DNA of 64,000 bases from contig CBDCFN010000016.1 of assembly GCA_965216315.1 (NCBI GenBank), forward strand, positions 1,920,001 to 1,984,000. The letters run 5' to 3'. Positions 19,128 to 30,128 of this stretch are shown piece after piece. The translations under genes were made by a program, and so were the position numbers. The DNA is from a bacterium. GTDB taxonomy: Bacteria; UBA10199; 2-02-FULL-50-16; JAJFLM01. The number at the start of each line of letters is the position of its first letter. Positions within the stretch are counted from its first letter, which is position 1. The notes under the pieces are model-generated. The model did no database searches. It was not told where the DNA came from and was given only the letters and a program-made list of their open reading frames with translations.

Positions 19128-21109
19128 CACAAAAACAAACGTTATTAGCAAAAAGAAAGCAAACGGCCAGCATCAAGAGGAGGATGTTTATGATTTTTCT
19201 CACCTTTGGTTTGAGTTTCGGCATACTCGGCTATCGAGGCGTCAAACTCCATACAAAGCCGGATAACAAAATCGAAAACCTGGCAGAACGCCAGTACACT
19301 AAAACGGTCAGACCCGTGCCGATACGAGGCAACATTTATGATCGACGCGGACAAGAACTAGCCGTTAGCGTATCAAGTTATTCCCTAGCCGTTCACCCTC
19401 ACTTGGTTAGCAATAGCAGTCAACTCGCACGGCAACTATCCACCATCCTCAATATGAAAAGCCGCGATATACGAAAGAAATTGAGCAGCAGCCGCAAATT
19501 TATTTGGATTAAGCGGCGTCTCATGCCAGAAGAAGTCGAACGGATAGAACGTCTCAACGAACCAGCGCTCAATCTCCAAAAAGAGGCACGTCGTTATTAC
19601 CCCAATCGTGAATTAGCCAGCCAAATACTCGGTGCCGTCGGCTATGATGGCGAGGGACTTGGCGGGTTGGAACTTTCCTATGATGATTATCTGCGCGGTC
19701 CCGAAGCTAAAGAAGTAGCCTATCGCGATGCACGTGGCGCTATTTTTGATAGCTCAGAAAATCTGCTCGATTCTGATGCGGTCTCACATCTTCAACTCAC
19801 CATTGATCGTAATGTCCAGTACGTTGCAGAAACAGAGCTAGCCACCGCAGCTCATCGCCTTAAGATCAAAAAAGGGACTGTCGTTGTCATGGATCCTCGT
19901 TCCGGGGCCATACTGGCAATGGCCTCCTACCCGCGATTTAACCCGAATACTTATTCCAACTATGAACTGGAGAAGTGGCGAAATGTCGCCCTGTCCGATT
20001 CCTTTGAACCGGGCTCCGTGTTTAAGGCGATCACCGCAGCGGCTGCGCTTGAATCAGGCAAGTTTGATACAGATTCGCATATTTATTGCGAAAATGGCCG
20101 TTTGCAAATTGGGAGTACGGTCATTAAAGATCATGAACAATACGGTAATCTGAGCTTTGGTGAGATTCTAAAATACTCTTCCAATATAGGAACGGCTAAA
20201 TTAGCCGACTCTATAGGCAAAAAAGAACTTTATAAGGTCATTCAGCGTTTTGGCTTCGGTAATAAGACAGGAGTTGATTTTCCTGGAGAAGCCCCCGGGT
20301 CAGTCCGTAATTACGAGACTTGGCATCCGGTTGATTTGGCTGCGGCTTCATTTGGCCAAGGATTGAATACGACGGCACTTCAAGTTGCCAGCGCTTATTC
20401 GACGATCGCCAACAACGGCAAACGAATGAAACCCTATTTAGTCGAAAAGATTACTCGACCAAACGGTGAAGTCATTAAAGAGTTTGAACCTAAAGCACTG
20501 GGAACAGTCATTCGCCCCGAAACCGCCAAGACAGTCGCCTTCTTATTGGAAGCGGTGACGCAAAAAGGCGGTACGGGCACCGCGGCAGCCATTCCAGGTT
20601 ATCGCGTTGCCGGTAAAACCGGGACGGCTCAAAAATTTGATACGGCTAAGAAGGCCTACTCGAAAACGGATTATTTCAGTTCCTTTGTTGGCTTTGCTCC
20701 GGCAGACAACCCCAGGCTTGTCGTCTACGTCGGCCTCGATAGCCCCAAAGGAGATCGGATATATGGAGGACAGATTGCAGCGCCAATATTCCGCAATGTG
20801 ATGAGCGCATCGCTCTATCAATTTAAATTGCCACCGACACAACGAACTCTGCCCCTGGCCCTCGAAGACACGGCACCACGTGGCGCAGATATCACAGATC
20901 ACGTCGGTAGCAGCCCATTAGCATCGGCATCACGAGTCGTCCCCGATTTTTCAGGTCTCTCCATCCAGCAAGCGATGGAATTAGTAAATGGCCGTGGTTT
21001 TACGATTGATATCGACGGCAGTGGGGTTGCGTATCGACAAGAACCCACGCCGGGCAGAGTTCTCAACGACGATGAGGTCTGTCGCGTTTATTTTAAGCAA
21101 GCGTCGTAA
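19124..21109 (+). CDS. ftsI: Penicillin-binding protein 3 with C-terminal PASTA domain
   Basis: RGNIYDR, EPGSVFK, SSN, KTGTAQK. Confidence 0.95.
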   Translation: MTQKQTLLAKRKQTASIKRRMFMIFLTFGLSFGILGYRGVKLHTKPDNKIENLAERQYTKTVRPVPIRGNIYDRRGQELAVSVSSYSLAVHPHLVSNSSQLARQLSTILNMKSRDIRKKLSSSRKFIWIKRRLMPEEVERIERLNEPALNLQKEARRYYPNRELASQILGAVGYDGEGLGGLELSYDDYLRGPEAKEVAYRDARGAIFDSSENLLDSDAVSHLQLTIDRNVQYVAETELATAAHRLKIKKGTVVVMDPRSGAILAMASYPRFNPNTYSNYELEKWRNVALSDSFEPGSVFKAITAAAALESGKFDTDSHIYCENGRLQIGSTVIKDHEQYGNLSFGEILKYSSNIGTAKLADSIGKKELYKVIQRFGFGNKTGVDFPGEAPGSVRNYETWHPVDLAAASFGQGLNTTALQVASAYSTIANNGKRMKPYLVEKITRPNGEVIKEFEPKALGTVIRPETAKTVAFLLEAVTQKGGTGTAAAIPGYRVAGKTGTAQKFDTAKKAYSKTDYFSSFVGFAPADNPRLVVYVGLDSPKGDRIYGGQIAAPIFRNVMSASLYQFKLPPTQRTLPLALEDTAPRGADITDHVGSSPLASASRVVPDFSGLSIQQAMELVNGRGFTIDIDGSGVAYRQEPTPGRVLNDDEVCRVYFKQAS

Positions 21110-21181
21110 TAGGGGCTCACGTCGCCCCCTCCATCGGCAAAGCCGCTGGAGCCTCCCCCTCTCGCTCACGTTGTTCGCTAG
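21109..21181. repeat. Dispersed intergenic repeat (copy 1)
   Basis: ATAGGGGCTCACGTCGCCCCCTCC...AGCCTCCCCCTCTCGCTCACGTTGTTCGCTAG; both ends match 60723-60843. Confidence 0.75.
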
Positions 21182-21199
21182 GGGGGAAAGAGAAGTTGA

Positions 21200-22699
21200 A
21201 TGAAACAAAAACTAAAGGAACTTATGAACGGCTTAGTTGACGCCGCCAACATTCCAGACATTGATATCGCAGGGATCACTTACGACTCGCGCCAAGTGAA
21301 ACCGGGATACCTCTTCGCAGCTCTCCCTGGAACCGAACACGACGGCCATGATTATGTCTCACAGGCGATTAGCAATGGCGCCAGCATCGTGATAGGATCA
21401 CAATCACTCACAAATCTTTCAGTCCCTTATATTTGTGTAGACTCTCCACGTCGCACCCTTGCTATTATAGCAGCCCGCTTTAACGGAGATCCAACCCGTG
21501 ACATGCCAGTCATTGGCATTACGGGAACAAACGGTAAAACAACTTGTTCTTATCTTATTGAATCAATTTTGAGTACAGCCGGATACCGGCCGGCTGTCGT
21601 TGGAACCATCAATTATCGATACGGAAGCGAGGTGACTACCGCATCTCATACAACGCCCGAGGCGGTTGACCTTCAGGCCTGGATTGCCGCCGCCAAGACA
21701 GGAGGCGCCAATGCCTTGGTCATGGAAATTTCTTCACATGGCATTGCGATGGATCGAGCCCGCGCTTGCCATTTAGACATCGCCGCCTTCACAAATCTCA
21801 GCCAAGATCATCTGGATTTCCATGGCACCCTTGAGGATTACTTTGAAACAAAGCGCCGGCTTTTTACCGAACTTCTCCCTGAAAGTCTCAAAGACAGGAA
21901 AACCGCGGTGGTTAATTGGGATGACTCTTATGGTCAGGAGCTAAGTGCCTCTATTGATATTCCAACCATTCGTATTGGTTCGGAAGAAGGCATGGATTAT
22001 CGCGCCACAGCGGCTCAATTGGATGCCAATGGAATTCGTGCAACTATCCAGACACCTGATGGCTCGTTCCCCATTACGAGCCCCCTGATTGGTGAGTTCA
22101 ACCTTCATAATATTCTCTTATCAATTGCATGTTGTCATCTTCTTGGCGTTTCTTTTCATCAGCTGGCTGAAGGCGTCCACAACCTCAATGGCGTACCCGG
22201 GCGACTTGAACGTGTCGCTAATAACCGCAAACTTAAAGTTTTTGTCGATTATGCCCATACCCCGGATGCCTTGCGTCGCGTCCTTGAAGCCGTCAAAGGT
22301 TTTACGTCCAAAGGCCGTTTGATCACGGTATTCGGCTGCGGTGGCGACCGAGATCCTGAAAAAAGACCTCTCATGGGTAATACCGTCGCAAGACTGAGTG
22401 ACATCGCAATCGTCACTTCTGACAATCCACGGACTGAAGACGCGCAACAAATTATTGACCAGATCATCCCCGGCATCCGCGCCCAACGCATTACGCCTTA
22501 TGAGGAGAAGAGCCGAAGAGGCTATATGATCGAGGCGGATCGTCGCAAAGCTATTTTCAAGGCCATCGAACTGGCGCGACCTAATGATATCGTTGTCCTC
22601 GCCGGCAAAGGGCACGAAGACTACCAAATTCTCGGAAAAGACAAGATTCATTTTGATGATCGTGAAGAAGCACTAAAGGCCTGCGAGGCCTTAGGATGA
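21200..22699 (+). CDS. murE: MurE (meso-DAP-adding)
   Basis: GITGTNGKTT, DYAHTPD, DNPR, AGKGHE. Confidence 0.97.
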   Translation: MKQKLKELMNGLVDAANIPDIDIAGITYDSRQVKPGYLFAALPGTEHDGHDYVSQAISNGASIVIGSQSLTNLSVPYICVDSPRRTLAIIAARFNGDPTRDMPVIGITGTNGKTTCSYLIESILSTAGYRPAVVGTINYRYGSEVTTASHTTPEAVDLQAWIAAAKTGGANALVMEISSHGIAMDRARACHLDIAAFTNLSQDHLDFHGTLEDYFETKRRLFTELLPESLKDRKTAVVNWDDSYGQELSASIDIPTIRIGSEEGMDYRATAAQLDANGIRATIQTPDGSFPITSPLIGEFNLHNILLSIACCHLLGVSFHQLAEGVHNLNGVPGRLERVANNRKLKVFVDYAHTPDALRRVLEAVKGFTSKGRLITVFGCGGDRDPEKRPLMGNTVARLSDIAIVTSDNPRTEDAQQIIDQIIPGIRAQRITPYEEKSRRGYMIEADRRKAIFKAIELARPNDIVVLAGKGHEDYQILGKDKIHFDDREEALKACEALG

Positions 22700-24087
22700 A
22701 ACTAAACGTTATGGAAGTTATTGAATCCAGTACCGCACGTATTCGGCAACAAGGAAACGCTGACTATTTCACTTCAGTGACAACAGATTCACGCCATGTT
22801 AAAGCAGGTGCCCTCTTCTGCGCGCTTTCCGGTGAGCATTTCGATGGACATAAATTTGTCAGCACGGCTTTTCGAAAAGGTGCAAGTGGCGCCTTAGTTC
22901 GCAAAGGAAAATCCATTAAAGCTCCGCGCGGTCGCTGGGTCCTCTCCGTCGACGATACTTTAACAGCACTCGGAGACATCGCCGCCGCTTGGCGTCGGCA
23001 TTTTAATATCCCGCTCGTCGGTGTTACTGGAAGCAATGGAAAAACCACAACAAAGGAAATGATCGCTCAGACTTTAGCTGCCCGTTACAAAGTTCTTAAA
23101 ACAGAAGGGAACTACAACAACCTGATTGGCGTTCCGTGGACCCTTTTCAAGCTAAATCGTCGCCACCAAGTCGCCGTATTGGAAATGGGAATGAATATTC
23201 CCGGTGAAATCGAGAGGCTCGCCACGATTGCGCAACCTCAGGTTGGCGTTATTACCAACATTGCGCGTGCCCATCTTGAGGGACTTGGATCGATAGCGGC
23301 TATTGCGCGCGCTAAAAGTGAGCTAATCCAGCAGTTACCCGGAGATGGACTCGCAGTCATCAACGCAGATGATCCCCGCGTCCTCCAAATTGCTCGCAAG
23401 ACACGTGCCGAAATCCTCACTTATGGTTTCGGTTCAGACGCCATGATTCGCGGAAAGAAATATAAGAGCAACGGCTTCTCCGGTTCGCAATTTGAAATCC
23501 GTCTAAACCATAAACTTCATACAATCCGTTTAAATCTGCCTGGCCGTTATAATGCGTTGAATGCCCTCGCCGCGGTGGCTATCGGCCAATATCTCAAAAT
23601 CCCCGCAACAGCTATGATTAGAGCATTGCGAAATGTAAAACTTCCGGGAAGTCGCCTCAAGCAAATCAAGCTTCGCAATGGCACTCACATCATTAATGAT
23701 TGCTACAACGCAAATCCGGATTCGGTTCTGCAAGCCCTTACCAACCTGACTTATGCACCAAAACGTCAACGCCGCGTGGCGATTCTTGGTGACATGCTCG
23801 AACTCGGCCAACACAGTGCGCGGACGCATCGAGAAATTGGGCGAGCCGCCGTTAAAGTCGGCGTTGATGAATTAATCGCCGTCGGCGAGCAAGCGGATGA
23901 TATCGCTCGCGGCGCCCGGCAAGCCGGACTCCATAAGGATCAAATACACTGTTACGAAAATGCCACGAAAGCAGGAAAGGCTATTTCCAAACATATTCAC
24001 GGCGGCGATTTGATTCTCGTTAAAGGTTCACGTGGAGTGCAATTAGAACGGGTTATAGATTCACTTAAAGGAAAGAGGGTCCGGTAA
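22696..24087 (+). CDS. murF: MurF
   Basis: TGSNGKTTTKEM, DCYNANPDS, LVKGSRG. Confidence 0.97.
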   Translation: MKLNVMEVIESSTARIRQQGNADYFTSVTTDSRHVKAGALFCALSGEHFDGHKFVSTAFRKGASGALVRKGKSIKAPRGRWVLSVDDTLTALGDIAAAWRRHFNIPLVGVTGSNGKTTTKEMIAQTLAARYKVLKTEGNYNNLIGVPWTLFKLNRRHQVAVLEMGMNIPGEIERLATIAQPQVGVITNIARAHLEGLGSIAAIARAKSELIQQLPGDGLAVINADDPRVLQIARKTRAEILTYGFGSDAMIRGKKYKSNGFSGSQFEIRLNHKLHTIRLNLPGRYNALNALAAVAIGQYLKIPATAMIRALRNVKLPGSRLKQIKLRNGTHIINDCYNANPDSVLQALTNLTYAPKRQRRVAILGDMLELGQHSARTHREIGRAAVKVGVDELIAVGEQADDIARGARQAGLHKDQIHCYENATKAGKAISKHIHGGDLILVKGSRGVQLERVIDSLKGKRVR

Positions 24088-25163
24088 TGTTCTACGAATT
24101 TCTCTACCCCTTACACGCGGAACATATCCTCTTTAATGTTTTTCGCTATATTACGTTCAGGTCTTTTGGCGGCCTTATGACCGCACTCGCTATTTATCTT
24201 CTCTTTGGAAAAATCTTCATTACACGCTTACGCTCCTGGCAAGCCACTCAATTTATCCGCGAAGAAGGCCCCCAAAGTCACCAAGTCAAGAGCGGAACTC
24301 CAACGATGGGTGGACTCCTCATGATAGTCGCCATTACGATTTCGACCTTGCTCTGGGGCAATCTGCATAGCATCCCCGTATTGTGCGTCTTAGCGCTCCT
24401 GCTCCTTTATGCAGGCATCGGCCTCGCCGATGACCTCATGAAGATCCGTGGTAAAACCAATCAAGGCCTCTCCGGACGCATGAAATTGCTACTTCAAGGC
24501 AGCATCGCCGCTGGCTTTGCCATCTGGCTTTTATATGGCCACGGCATAGATACCAGCCTCTCGGTTCCATTTGTTAAAACATTTCAGCCTGAATTATCAT
24601 TTTGGTACATTCCATTCGCAGTCCTCGTCATCGTCGGCGCCTCTAACGCAGTCAACCTTACCGATGGCCTCGATGGCCTTGCAGCGATGCCGACTATTGT
24701 CGCGTTCGCAACCTATGCTTTTATCGCCTATGCCGTTGGACATGCCAAAATCGCCGGCTATTTGCAGCTTCCTCACATCGTTGATGGTGGTGAGCTGGCG
24801 GTTCTCTGCGGAGCTATTATCGGGGCTGGCATCGGTTTTTTATGGTTTAACACGTATCCGGCTGAAATTTTCATGGGCGATGTCGGCTCTCTTTCGCTCG
24901 GCGGCGCCTTGGGCTTTGTCAGCCTATTCACCAAGAACGAATTGCTCCTCGCTATCGTCGGCGGAATTTTTGTTCTCGAAGCCCTCTCCGTTATCACCCA
25001 AGTTTGTTCATTTAAATTAACGGGACGACGAATATTTCGCATGGCACCGTTGCATCACCACTTTGAATTAAAAGGATGGCCTGAACCAAAAGTCATCGTT
25101 CGCTTTTGGATCATATCATTCATCTTGGCGATGATAGCATTGAGTACTTTAAAGTTACGCTAA
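24087..25163 (+). CDS. mraY: MraY translocase
   Basis: GTPTMGG, NAVNLTDGLDGLA, FMGDVGS, MAPLHHHFE. Confidence 0.97.
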   Translation: MFYEFLYPLHAEHILFNVFRYITFRSFGGLMTALAIYLLFGKIFITRLRSWQATQFIREEGPQSHQVKSGTPTMGGLLMIVAITISTLLWGNLHSIPVLCVLALLLLYAGIGLADDLMKIRGKTNQGLSGRMKLLLQGSIAAGFAIWLLYGHGIDTSLSVPFVKTFQPELSFWYIPFAVLVIVGASNAVNLTDGLDGLAAMPTIVAFATYAFIAYAVGHAKIAGYLQLPHIVDGGELAVLCGAIIGAGIGFLWFNTYPAEIFMGDVGSLSLGGALGFVSLFTKNELLLAIVGGIFVLEALSVITQVCSFKLTGRRIFRMAPLHHHFELKGWPEPKVIVRFWIISFILAMIALSTLKLR

Positions 25164-26542
25164 TGATTGAATTAGAAGGTAAAAAAATCGCAATTATTGG
25201 GGCCGGCCGAACCGGCCTGGCAGCCGCGCGCTTCTGTCATTCGCGCGGGGCTCAGGCTGTTGTCAACGATCTGCGAACCCGCGAGCAACTCGCAGGCGAA
25301 CTCGACGCTTTTACAGCGGTTAATGCCGAACTTAGGCTCGGCAATCATGAACGCGATGTGATCGCCGATTGTGATGCGGCAATCGTTTCCCCAGGCGTCT
25401 CCCCCGACCTCGAACCTTTACGTGCCTTTAAAGAACGTGGTCTTCCTGTCTTCGGAGAACTAGAACTTGCTTCCCGCTTTGCCACCGCCCCTATCATCGC
25501 CGTTACCGGCACCAATGGGAAATCAACAACCGTAACGCTTATTCACGACATGATGCTCGCCAGCGAAAAGAAGTCAGCGCTGGGTGGCAATATTGGAACT
25601 CCATTTTTGGAACTTGTTGACCGGGATACGGACTACGATGTTTTTGTGCTTGAGGTCAGTAGCTACCAGTTAGAAACAATTGAAAAATTTCATCCTCATA
25701 TTGCGGTCCTCTTAAACATTTCTCCGGATCATTTAAGCCGGCATCAGAATATTGCTGCCTATGCGACAGCCAAAGGCCGTATCTTTATCAATCAAAGCGC
25801 TGAGGATTGGTGTGTTTATAACGCTGACGACGCTCATGTTGAATCCGTGATTGCCGGCGTTCATTCCAGAAAACTCCCCTTTAGTCTGCGTCGCCCTATT
25901 TCGCCGGGATTATTTCGTCAGCGAAATCAAATCATCTGGTTTCATGAAGGACATCAGGAAAGTTATGATATCTCTCAATACGCGCTCGCGGGTGATCATC
26001 AAATTGAAAATGCCATGGCCGCGGTCGCTGCCGCTAAATTGAGTGGAGCCACTCTCGGTGGCATCCAGGAAACACTCGACTCTTTTCGAGGTCTTCCACA
26101 TCGTTTTGAATTTATCGCATCCATTCGAGGCGTAAATTTCATTAATGATTCCAAGGCAACCAATGTCGGCGCCGCTGTCCGCGCTATTCAGGGTGTCCCG
26201 GAAGGTCATCTCATCCTCCTTGCCGGCGGTGAAGACAAAGGCAGTTCTTACGAGCCTCTCCGGCAAGCACTCGTTGCGCAGCGCGCCAAGGCCGTCTGTG
26301 TCTACGGCGAAGCCGCCGGAGCGTTGCAAGAAGCCCTGAGTGAATCACTGCCAACTTTCCGGCAAACAACTATGGAAGAGGCCTTTACGCAGGCGCTTTC
26401 CCAAGCCGACGACGGTGATTTCATCGTCCTTGCACCGGCCTGTGCAAGCTTTGATCAGTTCAGCAACTTCGAACACCGCGGCGAAAGTTTTCGACAGCTC
26501 GTCATTCGGCAGGGACCCGCAGAAACGGAGGCCAGCGCATGA
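25163..26542 (+). CDS. murD: MurD
   Basis: TGTNGKSTT, EVSSYQL, NDSKATN, PACASFDQF; ATG overlaps mraY stop. Confidence 0.96.
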   Translation: MIELEGKKIAIIGAGRTGLAAARFCHSRGAQAVVNDLRTREQLAGELDAFTAVNAELRLGNHERDVIADCDAAIVSPGVSPDLEPLRAFKERGLPVFGELELASRFATAPIIAVTGTNGKSTTVTLIHDMMLASEKKSALGGNIGTPFLELVDRDTDYDVFVLEVSSYQLETIEKFHPHIAVLLNISPDHLSRHQNIAAYATAKGRIFINQSAEDWCVYNADDAHVESVIAGVHSRKLPFSLRRPISPGLFRQRNQIIWFHEGHQESYDISQYALAGDHQIENAMAAVAAAKLSGATLGGIQETLDSFRGLPHRFEFIASIRGVNFINDSKATNVGAAVRAIQGVPEGHLILLAGGEDKGSSYEPLRQALVAQRAKAVCVYGEAAGALQEALSESLPTFRQTTMEEAFTQALSQADDGDFIVLAPACASFDQFSNFEHRGESFRQLVIRQGPAETEASA

Positions 26543-27660
26543 ATCGACGCCATATCGATTACACCTTATTACTGACGACCCTTCTTCTCGTCGCTATCGG
26601 TATCACGATGGTTTATTCATCATCCGCTATTCTCGCACGCGAGCGTTATGACGATACTTATTACTTTTTAAAGAGGCAGCTGTTCAGCCTTAGTATCGGA
26701 TTTGGAGCTCTGTTTGCAGGCCGAAGCATTCCCCTCACCTTTTATCGACGCTTTGCTTACCCGATTCTTATCAGTGCGGTAATTTTTCTCGCTTTGGTTC
26801 AAATCCCGGGTCTTGGAGTCACTGCCGGCGGGGCCACCCGGTGGATCAGCATCGGCAGCTTCAGTTTTCAACCATCCGAATATGCCAAGATCGCACTCGT
26901 CATTTTCATGGCGTACATGCTCGATAAAAAGGAAAATCGCCTCAAGCACTTTGGGTTCGGCTTTCTTCCCCCCATGCTCATATCACTCGTGCTTATTTTT
27001 CTCGTCTTACTCGGCAAAGACCTTGGCAATGCCGTTTTAATGGCAAGTTCCGTAATCGCCATGATGTTTGTTGCCGGAGCCCGTTTCAGTTATCTGGTTG
27101 CGCTTTTACTGTTGGCCCTGCCTGCATTCTACAAACTCATTGCTTCGGTTTCTTATCGACGCCAGCGTATTTTAGCATTCCTCGACCCTTGGCAGCACCG
27201 TACAGAAGCAGGTTTTCAGATCATCCAAAGTTATTTAGCATTTCAAGCCGGTGGCATCTTGGGCGCGGGCCTGGGTCAAGGTCGGCAAAAACTTTTTTAT
27301 CTTCCTGAAGCTCACACGGACTTCATATTTTCCGTGCTCGGTGAGGAACTCGGACTGTGGGGCGTCCTCCTCGTCCTGCTTCTCTTTGGTTTCTGGATCT
27401 CACGAGCTCTCATGATATCATGGCGCGCCCAAGACAACTTCAGCCGTTATCTTGCCCTAGGCATCGGCCTTATCATTGGTTTTTTAGCAGTCCTTAATAT
27501 GGCTGTCGTGATGGGATTATTACCCACAAAGGGCATTCCTCTTCCCTTTATCAGCTATGGCGGCACATCACTGATCATTAACTTGTTTGCAGTCGGCATA
27601 TTGCTCAATATTTCCCGGCGCAGTGTCGAAGCCGAAGATGCGGAGGCGCCATGCACGTAA
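26539..27660 (+). CDS. ftsW: FtsW
   Basis: FQPSEYAK, YLPEAHTDFIF, LPFISYGGTS. Confidence 0.96.
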   Translation: MNRRHIDYTLLLTTLLLVAIGITMVYSSSAILARERYDDTYYFLKRQLFSLSIGFGALFAGRSIPLTFYRRFAYPILISAVIFLALVQIPGLGVTAGGATRWISIGSFSFQPSEYAKIALVIFMAYMLDKKENRLKHFGFGFLPPMLISLVLIFLVLLGKDLGNAVLMASSVIAMMFVAGARFSYLVALLLLALPAFYKLIASVSYRRQRILAFLDPWQHRTEAGFQIIQSYLAFQAGGILGAGLGQGRQKLFYLPEAHTDFIFSVLGEELGLWGVLLVLLLFGFWISRALMISWRAQDNFSRYLALGIGLIIGFLAVLNMAVVMGLLPTKGIPLPFISYGGTSLIINLFAVGILLNISRRSVEAEDAEAPCT

Positions 27661-28736
27661 TTCTTGCAGCCGGCGGCACCGGAGGACATCTCTTTCCCGC
27701 TCTTGCCCTTGGCCAGGCTTTCCAGCAATTCAACCACCGCGTTACCTATGTAGGCAGTGGTCGCCCGATGGATCTCCATGTCGAGAAACTCAGCGGCATG
27801 CCGTGGAGACACCTCAAAGCGGGACGGCTCAAGGGTATGGGTTGGCTCGCCAAACTCAAGAGCCTCTTTGCCATGCCGATGGCGCTGATGCAGGCACTGA
27901 TTATTCTCATTCAAGAGAAGCCGGATCTTGTTTTAGGACTTGGGGGCTATAGTACGGGGCCTATGGTTCTGGTGGCACGTATCGTTGGAATCTATACGGC
28001 TATACTGGAACAAAACCGTATCCCCGGCTTTACGAACCGCATCCTCATCTGGTTTGCCCACCGTGCTTTTATCGCATTCCCCTTAGTTCAATCGTATTGG
28101 AGCAACAAAAGTAAAGTCATCGTCACCGGCAACCCGGTACGAAACGAAATCATTCAACAGTTCCAGCAAACAGAGCGATCAACAGATCGTATGACCTTAC
28201 TCACCTTCGGCGGGAGTCAGGGAGCCCATTTTTTGAATCAGGTTATGCAAGAACTGCTACCACGCCTGCAATCCAAGGCGAAAGAGTTGGCTGTCATTCA
28301 TATTACAGGTGAAATCGAACATAAACAGATTCAAGCCGCTTATAATGATTATCCGGAACTCGCCGCCCAAGTCATTCCATTTTCAGATCAAATCGGTGCG
28401 CTCTATAAGCAGGCCGACCTTGTTCTAAGCCGTTCCGGAGCATCAACAATCACCGATCTCATAGAATTCGGGTGTCCTGCGGTTCTGGTTCCTTATCCGT
28501 TCGCAGCCGACGGGCACCAACATGCCAACGCACAATATCTCGTGGAGGCTGGAGCCGCCATAATGATTGATCAACAAGCCTTTAACGTGGACAACTTTTG
28601 GGATGACATCGAGCTTTGGCTCAAAGACCAAGGCCTATTAAGGGAAATGGGGGCCAAGGCCCGTGCCCTTGCACTACAGGAACCGCCGGCACAACGAATT
28701 ATAAGAGAATGTCAAAACCTAGTTGGGGTCAATTGA
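27651..28736 (+). CDS. murG: MurG
   Basis: GGTGGHLFP, GNPVR, GGSQGA, RSGAST. Confidence 0.96.
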   Translation: MHVILAAGGTGGHLFPALALGQAFQQFNHRVTYVGSGRPMDLHVEKLSGMPWRHLKAGRLKGMGWLAKLKSLFAMPMALMQALIILIQEKPDLVLGLGGYSTGPMVLVARIVGIYTAILEQNRIPGFTNRILIWFAHRAFIAFPLVQSYWSNKSKVIVTGNPVRNEIIQQFQQTERSTDRMTLLTFGGSQGAHFLNQVMQELLPRLQSKAKELAVIHITGEIEHKQIQAAYNDYPELAAQVIPFSDQIGALYKQADLVLSRSGASTITDLIEFGCPAVLVPYPFAADGHQHANAQYLVEAGAAIMIDQQAFNVDNFWDDIELWLKDQGLLREMGAKARALALQEPPAQRIIRECQNLVGVN

Positions 28737-28743
28737 GTAAGGT

Positions 28744-30114
28744 ATGTATAAAAATATTCAGCGCATACATTTCGTGGGAATCGGCGGTATCGGCATGAGC
28801 GGTATTGCAGAAATTCTCCTGAATCTCGGTTACGAAGTTTCAGGTTCGGATGTGCAACGCACGTTGGTAACACGACGCTTGAGTCGCTTAGGCGCTAAAG
28901 TCCGTTATGGCCACAAAGCGGAACATATCGGCAAGGCTCAAGTAGTTGTCACCAGCTCGGCGGTCAATAAAAGCAATCCCGAAGTCGCCGCAGCCTTGCG
29001 GTACGGTATTCCCGTCATCGCCAGGGCGGAGATGCTGGCGGAGCTCATGCGGCTTAAATATGGAATCGCCGTCGCCGGGACTCATGGGAAGACAACAACG
29101 ACTTCACTGATAGCCACGATATTGACAGAAGCAGCTTTTGATCCGACCATTATCATCGGTGGCCGAGTTCGGAGTCTTCGCTCCAATGCACGCTTAGGAC
29201 GTGGTGACTTTCTCGTGGCAGAAGCGGATGAATCCGACGGCAGTTTCTTACATCTCCATCCGACGATTGCAGTTGTCACCAACATCGACCCCGAACACCT
29301 TTCTCATTATAAAGACTATGAAGAGCTCAAACGCTCCTTCAATCGCTTTTGCGATGCCATCCCTTTTTATGGGGCCGCAATTTTTTGTGCCGACCATCCC
29401 GCTACTGCCAAGATCGCTGAAACATTCCAGCGTCGATATTGGACCTACGGTCTCGACAAGAAAGCGGACTTTATGGCCAAGAGTCTCCGCTTCGAAGGAC
29501 CGACCATGCACTTTACTGTGACTTTTCGGGGCAAGTCTCTCGGGCAACTCCAAGTTAGGCTGCCAGGGCGGCATAATGTTTCGAATGCACTCGCCGCCGT
29601 CGCCGTCGCGCATGAACTCGGTATCCCTTTTAAAAAGATTCGCAGCGCCTTGAAAAAATTCAAGGGCATTGGACGCCGGCTCGAAGTCCTCGCTGACAGT
29701 AAGGAATTGGTCGTGATCGACGATTACGCGCACCATCCGGTCGAACTGGAAGCAACTCTCAGTGCCCTTAAAAAAGGCTGGAAAGGCCGCCGTATCCGAG
29801 CTGTTTTTCAACCTCATCGCTATAGCCGGACCAAGGAATTATTTAAAGAATTTGCAGCGGCTTTCGGCGATTGTGATGAACTCATCGTATCCGATATCTA
29901 TGCGGCCAGTGAAGCACGCATCGTTGGTATTACGGGACGTCGTTTAGCCGAAAGCATCCGCAAACCTAAAAATGTGAAATACATGTCGGACTTTGACGAA
30001 ATTGCAAACTACTTATGGGAATCTCGGAATAAAAAAGATCTGATCGTCACCTTAGGTGCGGGCAATGTATGGAAAATAGCTAAGGAGATCGCAAAGCGGA
30101 GTAAACGAAACTAA
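28744..30114 (+). CDS. murC: MurC
   Basis: GIGGIGMSG, GTHGKTTT, EADESD, DDYAHHP. Confidence 0.97.
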   Translation: MYKNIQRIHFVGIGGIGMSGIAEILLNLGYEVSGSDVQRTLVTRRLSRLGAKVRYGHKAEHIGKAQVVVTSSAVNKSNPEVAAALRYGIPVIARAEMLAELMRLKYGIAVAGTHGKTTTTSLIATILTEAAFDPTIIIGGRVRSLRSNARLGRGDFLVAEADESDGSFLHLHPTIAVVTNIDPEHLSHYKDYEELKRSFNRFCDAIPFYGAAIFCADHPATAKIAETFQRRYWTYGLDKKADFMAKSLRFEGPTMHFTVTFRGKSLGQLQVRLPGRHNVSNALAAVAVAHELGIPFKKIRSALKKFKGIGRRLEVLADSKELVVIDDYAHHPVELEATLSALKKGWKGRRIRAVFQPHRYSRTKELFKEFAAAFGDCDELIVSDIYAASEARIVGITGRRLAESIRKPKNVKYMSDFDEIANYLWESRNKKDLIVTLGAGNVWKIAKEIAKRSKRN

Positions 30115-30128
30115 TACGGAAATAAAAA

